A DNA stretch of 64,000 bases, from the NCBI GenBank assembly GCA_964016885.1, contig OZ024742.1, positions 123,442,001 through 123,506,000 on the forward strand, written 5' to 3'. The notes below the pieces were generated by a model. It was not told the DNA's origin and did not search any database. It was given only the letters and a program-made list of their open reading frames with translations. Positions within the stretch are counted from its first letter, which is position 1, and every line of letters begins with the position of its first letter. The position numbers were made by a program, and so were the translations under genes. Below are positions 12,604 to 25,187 of this stretch, in pieces. This DNA is from Eledone cirrhosa. Lineage: Eukaryota.

Positions 12604-12605
<2 letters not shown>
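11569..12605 (+). mobile_element. 5'-truncated RTE LINE (subfamily B), frame still open to 12249
   Basis: VDSFRYLGD, RRLRWYGHVMRM, GRPRKTW; (GAT)n tail; (TA)n on both sides. Confidence 0.95.
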
Positions 12606-12639
<34 letters not shown>

Positions 12640-12725
12640 ATAGGGGGTTGATTTTGTTTTCGAAGATGATGATGATGATGATCATGATATATATACACAC
12701 ATATATATGTATGTATAGGGGGTTG

Positions 12726-12785
<60 letters not shown>

Positions 12786-13399
12786 CACACATACATAATG
12801 TATTGTCATTTTATGTCCAGTTTCCATGCTAGTATGGGTTGGATAGGCTGTCAAGGTACATGACCAGATATGAACATCCCATCTTTCCCATTATGTTCCA
12901 GATTCTGCATGTTTTCTACAGCTGGATGAGCTTCTTAATGCCAACCACTTTAAAGAATGTATTGGATGGGTTTCCATGAAAGCAGTACTATAACTTTATA
13001 GAGGAGACGGGGTAGATACTGAGCAAGATGTTTGGATAACATCCATGAGTTTGGCTGGTTTTGCATGTTTAACAACTTGAAATATGAATTTCAATTTATT
13101 CATTAAATAATTATATGTGCTTATATACCTGCATACATGTACATATATGAAATTTGGTATATACAAATCAAACTTATTAGAATATGTTTCCTATCCGGCA
13201 TTTTATTAGCATTTTAATGTTATGTGTTGGTAACTTCAGATATACATCTATGTGGTCAACAGTACTAATCAGTCCAGATAAAGATTGATGCACCCAACCA
13301 CCCAGTTCATGGAAAACTCAGACTGTTGCTACTTTCATGATATAAATGTATTACATGATTACAGTGGCAACTAGTATTTAACCACATTGATTTACTTAT

Positions 13400-13845
13400 C
13401 TTCTTCTTCATTCGCTTATTCCTGGGAGGGTCATGGGGGCAGAGTCCTCAAACACTCCTTCCAGCATGTCCTGTCAGAAGCAACTATCTCCAATTGCTCC
13501 AACTGGATCCCCAAGTGAGACCAGCTGAGCTCATGGAAATTATCCAACCATCTTACTTAGGGACTACTCTCCTGCTGCCAATTGGTTTTGCCCGTAAAAT
13601 CTGTTCGGCGATTCTTTCCTGAGACATCCTAGTAAGATGCCTATAATATCAGAGCTGTGATCTCTCAATTCAGAAATGTATCAGCTCTACTTGGAGTGAC
13701 TCTGATCTCCAAGTTAGGTACTCTATTGAGTAGTATTACTCCATAGACCCTTTGGAGGAATCCCATTCCAGCCAATTGTATTCATGATCATATTCTTACA
13801 GTCATTACCCAAGATTAATGTCCATAGGTAAGGGTTGACATGAAT
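13400..13845 (-). mobile_element. 3' fragment of second RTE family (Expander/Rex3-like)
   Basis: Reverse-similar to 51730-52180, including the (GAA)n end. Confidence 0.8.
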
Positions 13846-15266
13846 ACCAAATTGAATTTGAAATTCAAAATACAAGATATTTACCCAAATCATTAATCCT
13901 CGTATGTCTTTGAAAGCAGTTGTTTTTAAGAATTTATGCAAATCATATTAGATTAACTAAATTTGTTGCAGTGTTAAATGATTATTTGGAAAAGTTGGTA
14001 GAGCATAAGACAATATACCCTGTGATAATTTCTAGCTCCATGCTATTTGAGTTCTAATCTTGGGTGAAATGAAATAAAATACCAGTCCAGAGCAGTGGAT
14101 TGGTGGAAATATTTGAACATTTTTATGAGATTCTTTGTATTATTTGTTCCATCTCTTTGTATTCTGAGTTCAAATCCAACTTGGGTGATAGATTTAATCT
14201 GTCATCTAGTTTAACACCACCACTTGAAGAATGGGTGCCTTTTGTGGAATTCCCTTAGTTATAAGCATTCATGTCACTGCTCCAATTTGAAGATAAAATC
14301 TTTCCTCCCAGCATTCTCAGAGATCCTGATTAAGCAGGTGAAACTAACAACTAACTCCAAATCTTATTCTATTGTATGATACCTAATTGTTCTTGATGAA
14401 TAAGAATTAACAAGTAGGATTTAATGGATACTATTGCCTGGTATATGGTAATTACAAATCTGAAGACCCAGTATTTTGGAAGTACAAACATACTAATAAA
14501 AACAATGTAATCACTAAATATATTTGGGCATTGAAATTTTGTCAATTTTCATATTTATAACTTCCTCATTATTTTGATTCAGTAATAAACTAATAGATGT
14601 GCTTCAGTAATAAACTATCCACCACCTTTTGTACTCTCTCCCAGTTGTAACTGGTAGATAGTATCAGCAATAGAAAGGTAAATGGAAACTTTGTTTTCTT
14701 GGTCTGATTTGATGAGCTTCAGCCCACTCAGTATGCAATTAAGGCCTGGATTCTTGTCAATCGAGTCCTTTACTTTTTAATAAACTAACACATTTACTAC
14801 AGTAACTAGTAATTCCCCTTTTTGATCTATTAATAAGATAGTTTACTAGTTACTCTAGTAACTATTTCAAATTAATAAGAGTGTGAAATAGATACTTCAC
14901 TAATTCATGTAAACATAACACTTGCTATATAACACAAAAACATGTGGAGACATTGATATATTTGACTGGAGCTCTTGGATCACAGATGTGATAAATAAAT
15001 TCCTTGCAGTCAATACTAAGAATATCAATATACAATACAAATATTAATACAACTAGGTTAATTCTTATCTTTCAGCTTTTATTTCATTCCATTTGTATTT
15101 AGTTCTATTCAGCATTTCAACTACCTCCATTTTTTCTGTGGGAGTGCAGCTGAGATATGAGTCTTACATTGGGGTGTAGAGAGTGATGTCCCCCCACTCC
15201 TATTCTATTTAATTTTTTCTCTTTCCTTTTTTTTTTTAATATATACAAACCATATTTATATATAGT

Positions 15267-15495
15267 GGAGGCGTGTGGCCTAGTAGTAAGTGCGTTGGAC
15301 TTATGATCATAATGTCATAGGTTCGATTCCAGGACCAGGTTGTGTGTTGTGTTTTTCATTTCCCATTGCTCCAATATACTCAACTGAAAATAAGTACTAG
15401 CAATAGCTGTGAGTTTAACCCTTCAATGGGCTGGTGTCCTGTCCAGGTGGGTGTCTAGTACACCCAGTTGCTTAATGCCACAGAAACTGGCTCAA
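15267..15495 (+). mobile_element. tRNA-SINE with V-like central domain (diverged)
   Basis: Colinear with 22068-22352. Confidence 0.8.
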
Positions 15496-15897
15496 AATAT
15501 TGATGGGATTATTGTACAATCTTTTTAAGCACTCAGAATATTAAGTGATTAATTGGTTTCAGTTAATGTGTGAATGAAATCCAAAGACTTGATTGTGTAA
15601 TTAACATACTAGGTTGGTGTTCTAATTAGATAATTACTCCTTGAGCCTCTTAAATGTGGAGGAGGCACATCTGAAGAATTTTTAATATGTTTCATAGCCA
15701 TTAAAATACTGTGATCAGTGAAATGTTTAAATTATTGTGAACGAATTTAATCAGTCCTTTCTCAGCCTAAAAGATAAGAACTCAGAGAAAATATAGTTTT
15801 CATATTCCTATCTTTTTCTTAACATTATATCCACTTATTACTAACCTCTCAGCTATTTTTCACCACAGCTTTTAACTTTTCATCTATTTATTATTAA

Positions 15898-16630
15898 TGA
15901 TGATGATGATGATATATACATACATATATATATATCACCATCATCATCCATGCTATGCCTGTTTTCCATGCTTGCATGGGTTAAATGCTTCATTCGCAAC
16001 ACGGCATCTCTCTGCTCATTACGTTCTGTCGTCATCTCCCCTGAGAGTCTCAGTGATTTGGGGTCACCTTTCACAACCTTTGCCCAGCTGTCGCTTCCTT
16101 CCACAGGGATTTCCTGGCACTTCTTCACCCAGCAATCATTGTCCATGTGCAGCACATGTCAACACCAGCACAGTCTTCTCTCCTGCACACCATCTTGGAT
16201 TCCTCTTAAACACAGTTTCTCCCTCAACTAGTCCAATCTCTGCATTTTTCTCACACTTACATTGCACATCCAACGAAACATAGTTCCTTCATTTCTCTCC
16301 AGTCTACATATGTCCTCTGCAGTTACAGCCCATGTTTCACTTCTATGTTGAATCACACTTAGCACTCAGGCATCATACAGTCATCTTTTTGTATGTAGGG
16401 AGAAACTTTTTGTGGTCTCTAAACTTTTTCCATCATATCTTTATTCTAGCTATTATGCTCTCAGAGCACCCTCCTCTGATAATTAAGTCACCTAGATAGC
16501 AGAAGCTATCAACCACTTCTATGGGTGCTTCCTGTGACTGGAAAAGGTTTACATCACTGATGCTCTTTCTGTTGGTTACTCCTGTGCATCTTGACATACA
16601 AAGTCTTCTTGTCTTGTTAATCTACCTGCT
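15898..16630 (-). mobile_element. Degraded RTE LINE 3' part (older subfamily)
   Basis: Minus strand gives VDSFCYLGD and HMDNDCWVKKCQEIPVEG; (GAT)n tail. Confidence 0.85.
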
Positions 16631-16971
16631 ATCTAACTATATTTCTCTCACCAAAAATCAAAACGCCAAGACAACAGCACTTAAAAGTTGAAAGGATTGC
16701 ATCAGGAAGGGCATCTAGTTGTAAAACATTGTTTTAAAACATCCTTTCCAAACCCATACCGGCATGGCCTACATCTCACAATATGTTCCCATGCTCTGGT
16801 GAGAGTATTATATTGTGGCATCAGCTCTTGGGAGGATGTCATGATTTTGACATAGCTGAAGAGCCTTATGGAACCATTGTTTTTTTTTTTTTGTGTGTGC
16901 ATGTGTGTATATATATATATATATATAACAATGATATTAATAAATGGAAATTATATTTATAAAACCATATT

Positions 16972-17032
16972 TATTCTATTATATATATTTCAAGGGTAGC
17001 AAAACTTTGGTACGCCCTCATCAGATAAAATA
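16972..17032 (-). ncRNA. Type-I minimal hammerhead ribozyme
   Basis: TATTTTAT-CTGATGA-GGGCGTACCAAAGTTTTGCTACCCTT-GAAA-TATATA-TA-ATAGAATA: intact core, 8-bp helix I, helix II, palindromic helix III ATATATAT, AUA site. Confidence 0.8.
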
Positions 17033-17240
17033 CAAAGTTTGTTTTATAAATATTGACATATCCAGGAATGAGACCTTAACAGTTCAAGTTTTACTTGAAA
17101 CGTTAAGGTCTCTTTTATAAATATAGTTTCCATTTATTAATATCATTGATATTATATTCCAGAAAACCTGTCGAGTGCTTCGAATTAGTTATAAATATAT
17201 AGATTTGTTGAATTACCCTTTGCTTTTATATATATATATA

Positions 17241-17633
17241 TCATCATCATCATCATCATTTCATTTTACGTCCGCTTTTCCATGCTTGCAAGGGTGGGAC
17301 GGGAACTGATTCTGGCTTGATTTTTACAGCTGGATGCCCTTCCTAACACCAACCTCATTTACAGTGAGTGCTGGGTGCTTTTTTCTGTGGCACCTGCATG
17401 TCCACTTTACAGAATTGGTTGGGTTTTTTTTGCCGTGGCACCTCCACGACCACTTTGCAGTGGAATAATAGGGACCCCAGTCCCTATCATCTCATTTCTA
17501 CAGCTGAGTAAACTGGAGCAATGTGAAATAAAGTGTCTTGCTCAAGGAAACAACATATCACCCGGTCTGAGAATTGAACTAACAACCTTTCGATTGCAAG
17601 GCCAATGCTCTAACCACTAAGCCATGTGCCTCC
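17241..17633 (-). mobile_element. Full-length tRNA-SINE with RTE-derived tail
   Basis: Reverse complement runs ggaggcacatggcttagtggttagagc...gttcaattc, CORE-like body, two LINE 3'-UTR units, (GAT)n. Confidence 0.9.
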
Positions 17634-19089
17634 ATATATATATACACGCACATATATATTCAAAATGGCTGACTAAATATGCATGTAATTTTCTCACATG
17701 TTTTCCTTTTCTCACTTTCTATCTTTCTATTTCATCTTTTATCTCTCATTCTATCTTCTGACGAATGACAAATGTCTAAAACGTTAAAATTCTTTTCAAG
17801 TGTTAAACTAATATATTCCTTCATTGTACTGTGTTGCTTGCTTTATTTCTGTTTAATGTTTGTATACACACACACACATACACACACACAGACAGCATGT
17901 GTAAGAGAGATGATACTGATGGTATTAAAGGGGGAAAACAATGATGGCTGTGGAGATGTTGACTCTAATGGTTGTATGGCTATGATATAGTGTTAATATT
18001 GTTGATCCCTGAGGAGTTAATGTTGCTGTTGTTAATGGTGATGTGATACTAATGTTGCTGGTGGAGACAACAACAAGAACAGCAATATCAATGTAGGTGG
18101 AGAAGGAACAGATTCTCAATGAGTTTGAGAAACATTGCTCAAGTGGAATTTTTATGTTCCCCGAACCTACATTAAGCTGTCGCATCTCAACTTAACTGAA
18201 ATTGTAATTGATCTAATGAGAGAAACTAATAACTTAATCACTGAACCATATTTTCATTGTATAAAGCCTGCAAACAGCAATAGCAATGTTGCTGCTTCTC
18301 CTGTAGAATCTCTTTATTTAATAGATTCACTGTTCACTGGTCAGAATGGTTTGGTTAAAGATTAACTAGCAAGGTGAATATGAAAGAGGGAAGGACCTCT
18401 GATGAGTTCAGTTAATCTTACTATACACATCAAGGATTTTAAGTGCCTAAAAGATAGAATTATTTAATCAGAAGAGTGTCTTTAATGTTAGAAATGATTG
18501 TCGATTGCTAGAAAAGTGATAATTCTTCACTCTTACAAGAATTCAATTGACTATTCAGCATTTTCTCCTTCTAGGCTTGAAGAATTGTTTAAGGGCTGAT
18601 GAACAGGTCCATTTTAATAGTCATCATCATCAACATCACAATTGTTTTTACATCTGCATTTCCATGCTGGCATGGGTTGCACAACATATTTTTATAGCAG
18701 TATTCTCTAGCTGGATGCCTTGCTTAATTTTAACCCTTATTTTTTTATATGCTATTTATTCCACTAATCTTCAGCTTTCAAATTGGTAGCTGTGGGCCAC
18801 CTTGTTTAAGCAAGATAAAAATATCATCAGTTGCTCAAGTGGTGTCATATATTTCACTCGCAAGGTATTGGGTATCCCAAGGCTATAGTCAAACATATTT
18901 GCTCCATGTGAAAATTAGTATAATGGCACACCAAATATAATATAAGTGAGAAATGTATATTTGGGGATAGATATTGATTTTCTGCAACTTTGAAGAAACC
19001 TATGTATTCACACTATCATAAATCAGAATGCCTAGTCATGCATATCTGTGGTTCACTGTGAAAAAAAAAGTGGGGGAGGCCATTTAACT

Positions 19090-20273
19090 CCTGGTGCTTG
19101 TGAGAGCAGTGTCAGCTATGTACAGAGCAGCTGTCAGTAAAGTGAGAGTAGGAAATGAGTTTAGGGTTGGAATACAAAGTACAAGTAAGAGTTCATCAAG
19201 GTCCAGTTTTTTTTTTCATCCTAGATATTCAGGCCATAACAGAGGAGTTTAAAACGGGCTGCCCATGGGAGCTTCTCCAAGCAGATGATTTGGTCATTTT
19301 AGCTATAAAAAAAAAACCCAAACTAGAAAATAAATTCTGATTATGGAAACTGAATTTAGAATCAAAACGCCTGAGAGTAAACTTAGCCAAAACTATAGTG
19401 CTAGTATTCAGTAGGAGAGAAGATAGAACCCTGATTCTTTCAGGGCAGTGGGTCTGCTCAATATGTAAAAAGGGAGTAAGGATAAACGCTATATGCAATG
19501 CACATTATGTAAATTTTGAGTACTCAAGAGATATAGTTAGATAACAGGTAGACTAACAAGACAAGAAGACTTTGAATGTCAAAATGCACAGGGGTAACCA
19601 AGAGAAAGAGCATCAGTGATGTAAATCTTTTCCAACCACAGGAAGCACCTATAAAATGGTTGATAGCTTCTGCTCTCTGAGTGACCTAATTAACAGTAGA
19701 GGAAGGTGTGCCGAGAGTATAATAGATAGAATAAGGATAGGATGGATGATATTTAGAGAACTGCTCCCAGTGCTAACAACAAAAGGTTTGTCACAGTTTA
19801 CAAAAGGAAAACTGTATGATACCTGCATGCAGTGTGCAATGTTGCATATTAGTGAAACATGGGCTGGGAGCACAGAGGACATACGTAGACTGAAGAGAGA
19901 TGAAGCATTTTTCACTGGATGTTCAAATTAAATGAGAGAGAAAGACAGAGCTTAGACAAGCTGAAAGAGAAGCTGGGCTTAAGGAGTAACTAAGATGACG
20001 TGTGGGAAAGAAGTCTGCATTAGTATGGACATATAATGCGAAGGGGACAATAAATGATGGGTAAAGAAATACCAGGAAATCCGAGTGGAAGGAAGCCCCA
20101 TTAGAGGACTATAAAGAAAGACCTGGGCAGAGGTTGTGAGTGGGGACCTCAAATAACTAAGCCTGTCAGAGGAGATGATGAAAAATGAACGCGACAAATG
20201 GAGAGATGTTGTGTTGAGAAGGAACTGTCCAACCTATGCAAGAAGGGAAAAGTGGATGTAAAAACGATGATGA

Positions 20274-20277
<4 letters not shown>
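19090..20277 (+). mobile_element. Degraded RTE LINE (older subfamily)
   Basis: EEFKTGCPWELLQADD and VDSFCSLSD; many stops; (GAT)n tail. Confidence 0.9.
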
Positions 20278-20314
<37 letters not shown>

Positions 20315-20317
20315 TAT

Positions 20318-21877
20318 ATCATCATCATCATCATCGTTTAACGTCCATCTTCCACGCTTGCATGGGTTCGGACGGGAATTTTCCCACTTGAGGCAATATT
20401 GGTTGTCTTGCTAGTAAAGGACTGTCTGGCGGGTTTTCTATGGCTGGATGCCCTTCCTAACACCAACCACGTTTACAGTGTGACTGGGAGGTTTTTACCG
20501 TGTTACCTACATGGCCACATTACGGTGTGGACTGTGTGTTTTTTGTTCGTGACACCTACACGACCTCATTTATTTCGGACTGGATGTTGTGGTACCAACA
20601 TAACTTTACATCGAAAGGGGTGGTGTGGATGAGGTGGGGGTGGTGGGACGGGGGTGTATTTTTGTTAGAGGTGCCTACTAACTGTAGGTTTCACTTTGTA
20701 CTTAGGCAAGGCGGATCTTCTGTATTACTGTGTAGCGCCAAAGATCTCGGTCCATTTTTATCGCCCTGCACTTTTTTATACAGCTGTTGTCTTTCATGCG
20801 CATCACGTGACCATACCAACGTAGTCTTCTCTCGAGTAAACAACATCTGATTCCTCTTATTCCTAATTTTTCCCTTAGTTCATTTATGCTTTGCCGTTCA
20901 CGTATATTACTATTACACATCCAGCGGAGCATGCAAGCTTCGTCCCTCTCCAGTCTGCGTATATCCTCTGCACACAATGCCCAAGTCTCACTGCCATGTA
21001 ACATTGCTGTTCGTATGCAGGCATCATACAGCCTGCCTTTCATTTTTAGAGAGAACCCTTTAGCGGCCAATAGTGTTATAAGCTCTCTGAACTTTTCTCA
21101 TCCCGTTCTGATTCTTTCAGAGCACCCTCCACCACTGCTGATTTTGTCACCCAGGTAACGGAAGGTGTCCACTATTTCTATAGAACCATCTGTGCAATGG
21201 AATGAGCTAGTATTCTGTGGGTACTTGCTGCTACTTATTGCACCTGAGCACCGGCCACATATAAAATCTATATTCTTAGTTAGCTTACCTGTGATCCCAC
21301 TACATCTTTTATGCACCCATACTTTGCATTTGGGACATAAAATGGAGTTTCTGCCTACTCCTTTCCTACACACTGAGCATGGCCATTTCCCAGATGGGAC
21401 CAGTGCCCTATTTTCCTTCCTACAAACTAGAACTTTAGTCTTAGACAATTTAAATTTAAGGCCTTTTGATTCTAGGCCATGCTTCCATGTTTGGAATTTC
21501 TCCTCTAGTTCAGCCATTGATTCAGCTATGAGCGTTAGATCATCTGCATATAGAAGTTCCCATGGGCAGGCGGTCTTGAACTCCTCTGTTATAGCCTGAA
21601 GGGCAATAATAAATAGTAGTGGTCTAAGAAAGAACACCAACTTTTACGCTAAACTCTTCACTATATTCGTTGTTAATTCTAAACTTGCTGACTGTTTCTT
21701 TATACATGGCTCTCACAGGCCATTCATCAACATCTACTTTTCTAAGGGCCCACCAGACAATCGAGCGGGGTACTCTGTCAAAGGCTTTCTCCAAGTCAAC
21801 AAAAGCTAAGTATAGGGGTTTACTTTTAGCTAGGTACTTCTCCTGTAGTTGTCATACAATGAAAAGAGTGTCTGTTG

Positions 21878-21879
<2 letters not shown>
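20318..21879 (-). mobile_element. RTE LINE (subfamily B) with small internal deletions
   Basis: [17 protein letters not shown], intact C4HC3 finger and RRLRWYGHV; highly similar to 11569-12605. Confidence 0.95.
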
Positions 21880-21940
<61 letters not shown>

Positions 21941-22009
21941 ATGTATACCAATTTCATGGAATTACAATTTTAGAGCAAAGTTTCCAGTTCAGTCTTCTGT
22001 TGTTGTCTA

Positions 22010-22067
<58 letters not shown>

Positions 22068-22069
<2 letters not shown>

Positions 22070-22352
22070 AGGCACGTGGCCTAGCGGGAAGGGTCTTGTA
22101 CTTACGATCATAATGTCGTGGGCTCAATTCCTGGGTTGCGTGATGTGTTCTTGAGCAAAACACTTGATTTCACACTGCTCCAGTATATTCAGCTGAAAAT
22201 GAGTACCAGCAATAGATGGAGGTTTAACCCTGCGATGGACTGGCGTCCTGTCCAGGTGGGAGTCTTGTACTCTTAGTCGCTTCACGCCTTGAAACCGGGA
22301 TAAGCACCGGCCAAATGAGCCTTCTGGCTTAAGACAGACTTTAGACTTTTTT
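22068..22352 (+). mobile_element. tRNA-SINE with CORE-like and V-like segments
   Basis: A/B-box head; aaccctgcgatggactggcgtcctgtccagg resembles the V-SINE domain; tail agacagactttagacttt. Other copies at 15267 and 33237. Confidence 0.85.
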
Positions 22353-22371
22353 ATATATATATGTATATATA

Positions 22372-22403
<32 letters not shown>

Positions 22404-22412
22404 CACACATAC

Positions 22413-22482
<70 letters not shown>

Positions 22483-22537
22483 GGAATAGAATGAAACGAA
22501 ATTTCATTTCTCACTCTTAGTACGGCAGTTACTTAAA

Positions 22538-22863
22538 TGTAAGTATGCATGTATGTATACGTACATACATATATGTATACAGACGTACAGTAGTATGTAT
22601 ATATATACATACATGCACACATATATACATGCACGTATCGGTTTACCAATGTCAGTATTGAACACAAAGGTGACGTGGTTGCCTAAACACTGTACGGCGT
22701 AATTCGGGCTGTTTGTTTGTTTACAAACAAACCGAGCATTATAATAAATGTTCGGTAAACCGATACGTGCATGTATATATGTGTGCATGTATGTATATAT
22801 ATACATACTACTGTACGTCTGTATACATATATGTATGTACGTATACATACATGCATACTTACA
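22538..22863. repeat. Perfect 110-bp inverted repeat with 106-bp spacer
   Basis: 22538-22647 is the exact reverse complement of 22754-22863 (checked base by base). Confidence 0.95.
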
Positions 22864-22912
<49 letters not shown>

Positions 22913-23191
22913 TAAATCATGTCTTTAGAATTATTAGATAAAATATATACCATTTCCTCTCCCAATCAGCATAATTAACCATATAAAAAATCAATTAGAC
23001 CAAGCTATAAGAATAAAGACTCTTATGAAGAAATCTCCGACAAATAACCGAAAGTGGCCTCTTCGCGGTGGCCCCAATAGAGTATTTATCCAACATTTCG
23101 ACAGCATGTAGAAACCGACTAAATATACCATCAACCATACACAATTAGGTGTAAATTCAAACTTAGAAGAAATGTGTACATACCGTAATTA

Positions 23192-23271
23192 TATCTCTAC
23201 CATGGTTTCATCCGTATTTTTAGACATCCAATTAATAGGAAATGCCCAGAGTTCGGATTCATCAGGAGACA
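23192..23271 (-). ncRNA. Type-I hammerhead ribozyme with extended helix II
   Basis: TGTCTC-CTGATGA-ATCCG...GGGCATTT..GGATGTCT...CGGAT-GAAA-CCATGG-TA-GAGATA: intact core, helix I TGTCTC/GAGATA, palindromic helix III ACCATGGT, GUA site. Confidence 0.8.
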
Positions 23272-24760
23272 AACTCATGAGTTTTACAGTAGATTGGAAG
23301 CACTCTATGGTAAAATAATTTTCTGGAGTTATTAATATTAGTATATAAATATTAATAATTATTCTCTATTTGCCTCCATAAAGCTACGTCCACATTCGTA
23401 GCCTCCCACAAAACGAGAAAAAAAGAGAGAGAAACATTAAACCATTAAAACTCGGTTGTCAGACGTATAAAATCAACAGGGAAAAAGTTTAGTGGCCTTT
23501 AATATTGCACTATGTTATAACTATCTATAGAAGAAATAACGCTCGAATGAAAGACACTTGTGCAATAACATGCCGGAACATTGATACACATAACATTATT
23601 CTGTTAACTTTGATCCATACCGTTATTTCTTTATCCTTATCTTCCTACTTAAGTTTTAAATCTGAGTTTTGTATCCAGCCCTTACATCTTTACTGAACTT
23701 ATTTATAACTGAATTTTTCATGCGTTTCTTATTTATAAATATACCTACCGCATTCTTATATCCATGATTAAAATATAGAGCTAATATCCAAATTACAAAT
23801 TATTATAAACATTATTTTGAACTATGAATTATCCATGAATTTATTATTGTTTTTCTTATATATATATATGTATTTAACTTTAACACGTAGAACTTTATTA
23901 TATAAAATTATAACCATTATCATTTACCTAAAGTATACTGTATCACTAATACATAATATGAGATATATCCATACATAATTTTCAGTTAACTTCTAAATTT
24001 TTTGATTGTTTTTACTTTGAGCTAGGAATAATTAATACATGTACACACGGTTATATATGGGTATACATTTAGTTTTAACATGCCTCAATCTATTATTTTA
24101 TTTTTATTTTATTTTCATTATCATTTACCTAAAATATACTGGCTCATTAATTAATATATATCTATATACATAACCGTTATTTAAATTTTTCTAACAATAA
24201 GTACTTCAAAAGCGTTATATACCTAATACGTTGACAATGACTAACTTCATTAAAGATTACATTTAGGAAAATATTCAACAGTGTAAACTTTCCTTAATAA
24301 TGGCCAGCTAAACCCTTTAAATCTTATCATCAAAAAATTCAGAAGCTTAGAAATGTTAACACACTTATAACATTTACGAAACTAATATATAAATAACCAC
24401 CAATTTAAAAAAAAAAACCTAAAATATTTATTCTTCACCCTAAGATAACATATATTAAATATTTTCAAACTTAACCGTTTAACTTTCGGGAAAAAAATCT
24501 CCTTCTGCATACATTACCCTCCTCTCTCACTGACTGTTAAAATTCATGAAATGCTTTCCTAGATAAATTGTAGTATCATACATATTAAAATCTCGACAAC
24601 TGGTACATTAAGCAACGTTTTTCTTACTCGCATATTCTCTATTTAATTTATTACGTTTTCGCATTTTCTCATTATTAGGGTATAAATGCTAAAGTTTCTC
24701 TTGGGTTAATCACTACCTTGATTAAATCTTAACCATTTAACATCTCAGGGTATGTCATGT

Positions 24761-24830
24761 ATCATTATATTTTGTCTGATGAGGACGTACTGTTGTACAT
24801 CCGAAATATGTATAATAAAATGTAAATGAT
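24761..24830 (+). ncRNA. Type-I minimal hammerhead ribozyme
   Basis: ATCATTATATTTTGT-CTGATGA-GGACGTAC-TGTT-GTACATCC-GAAA-TATGTA-TA-ATAAAATGTAAATGAT: canonical G10.1-C11.1 pair, ~15-bp helix I, AUA site. Confidence 0.85.
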
Positions 24831-24885
24831 CAAAAGAACATCTATTTTATTAATATATATATGTATATATGTATGTATATATATA

Positions 24886-25187
24886 GAGCATTGGCCTTGC
24901 AATCGAAAGGTTGTGAGTTCAATTCTCAAGCCGGGTGATGTGTTGTTTCCTTGAGCAAGACACTTTATTTCACATCAGCTGTAGAAATGGGATGATAGGG
25001 ACTGAGGTCCATATCATTCCACTTCAAAGTGGTCGTAGAGGTGCCACGGCAAAAAAGCACCCAGCACTCACTGTAAATGGGGTTGGTGTTAGGAAGTGCA
25101 TCCAGCTGTAGAAGTCAAGCCAGAATCAGTTCCCGTCCCAACCTTGCAAGCAGGGATAAGTGGACGTAAAATGATGATGATGATGAT
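24886..25187 (+). mobile_element. tRNA-SINE with RTE-derived tail (5'-truncated)
   Basis: Colinear with 3226-3495 and 17241-17633. Confidence 0.9.

Noticed and set aside
18135-18365. 76-aa ORF in unique sequence
   Set aside because: No motif and no convincing splice sites.
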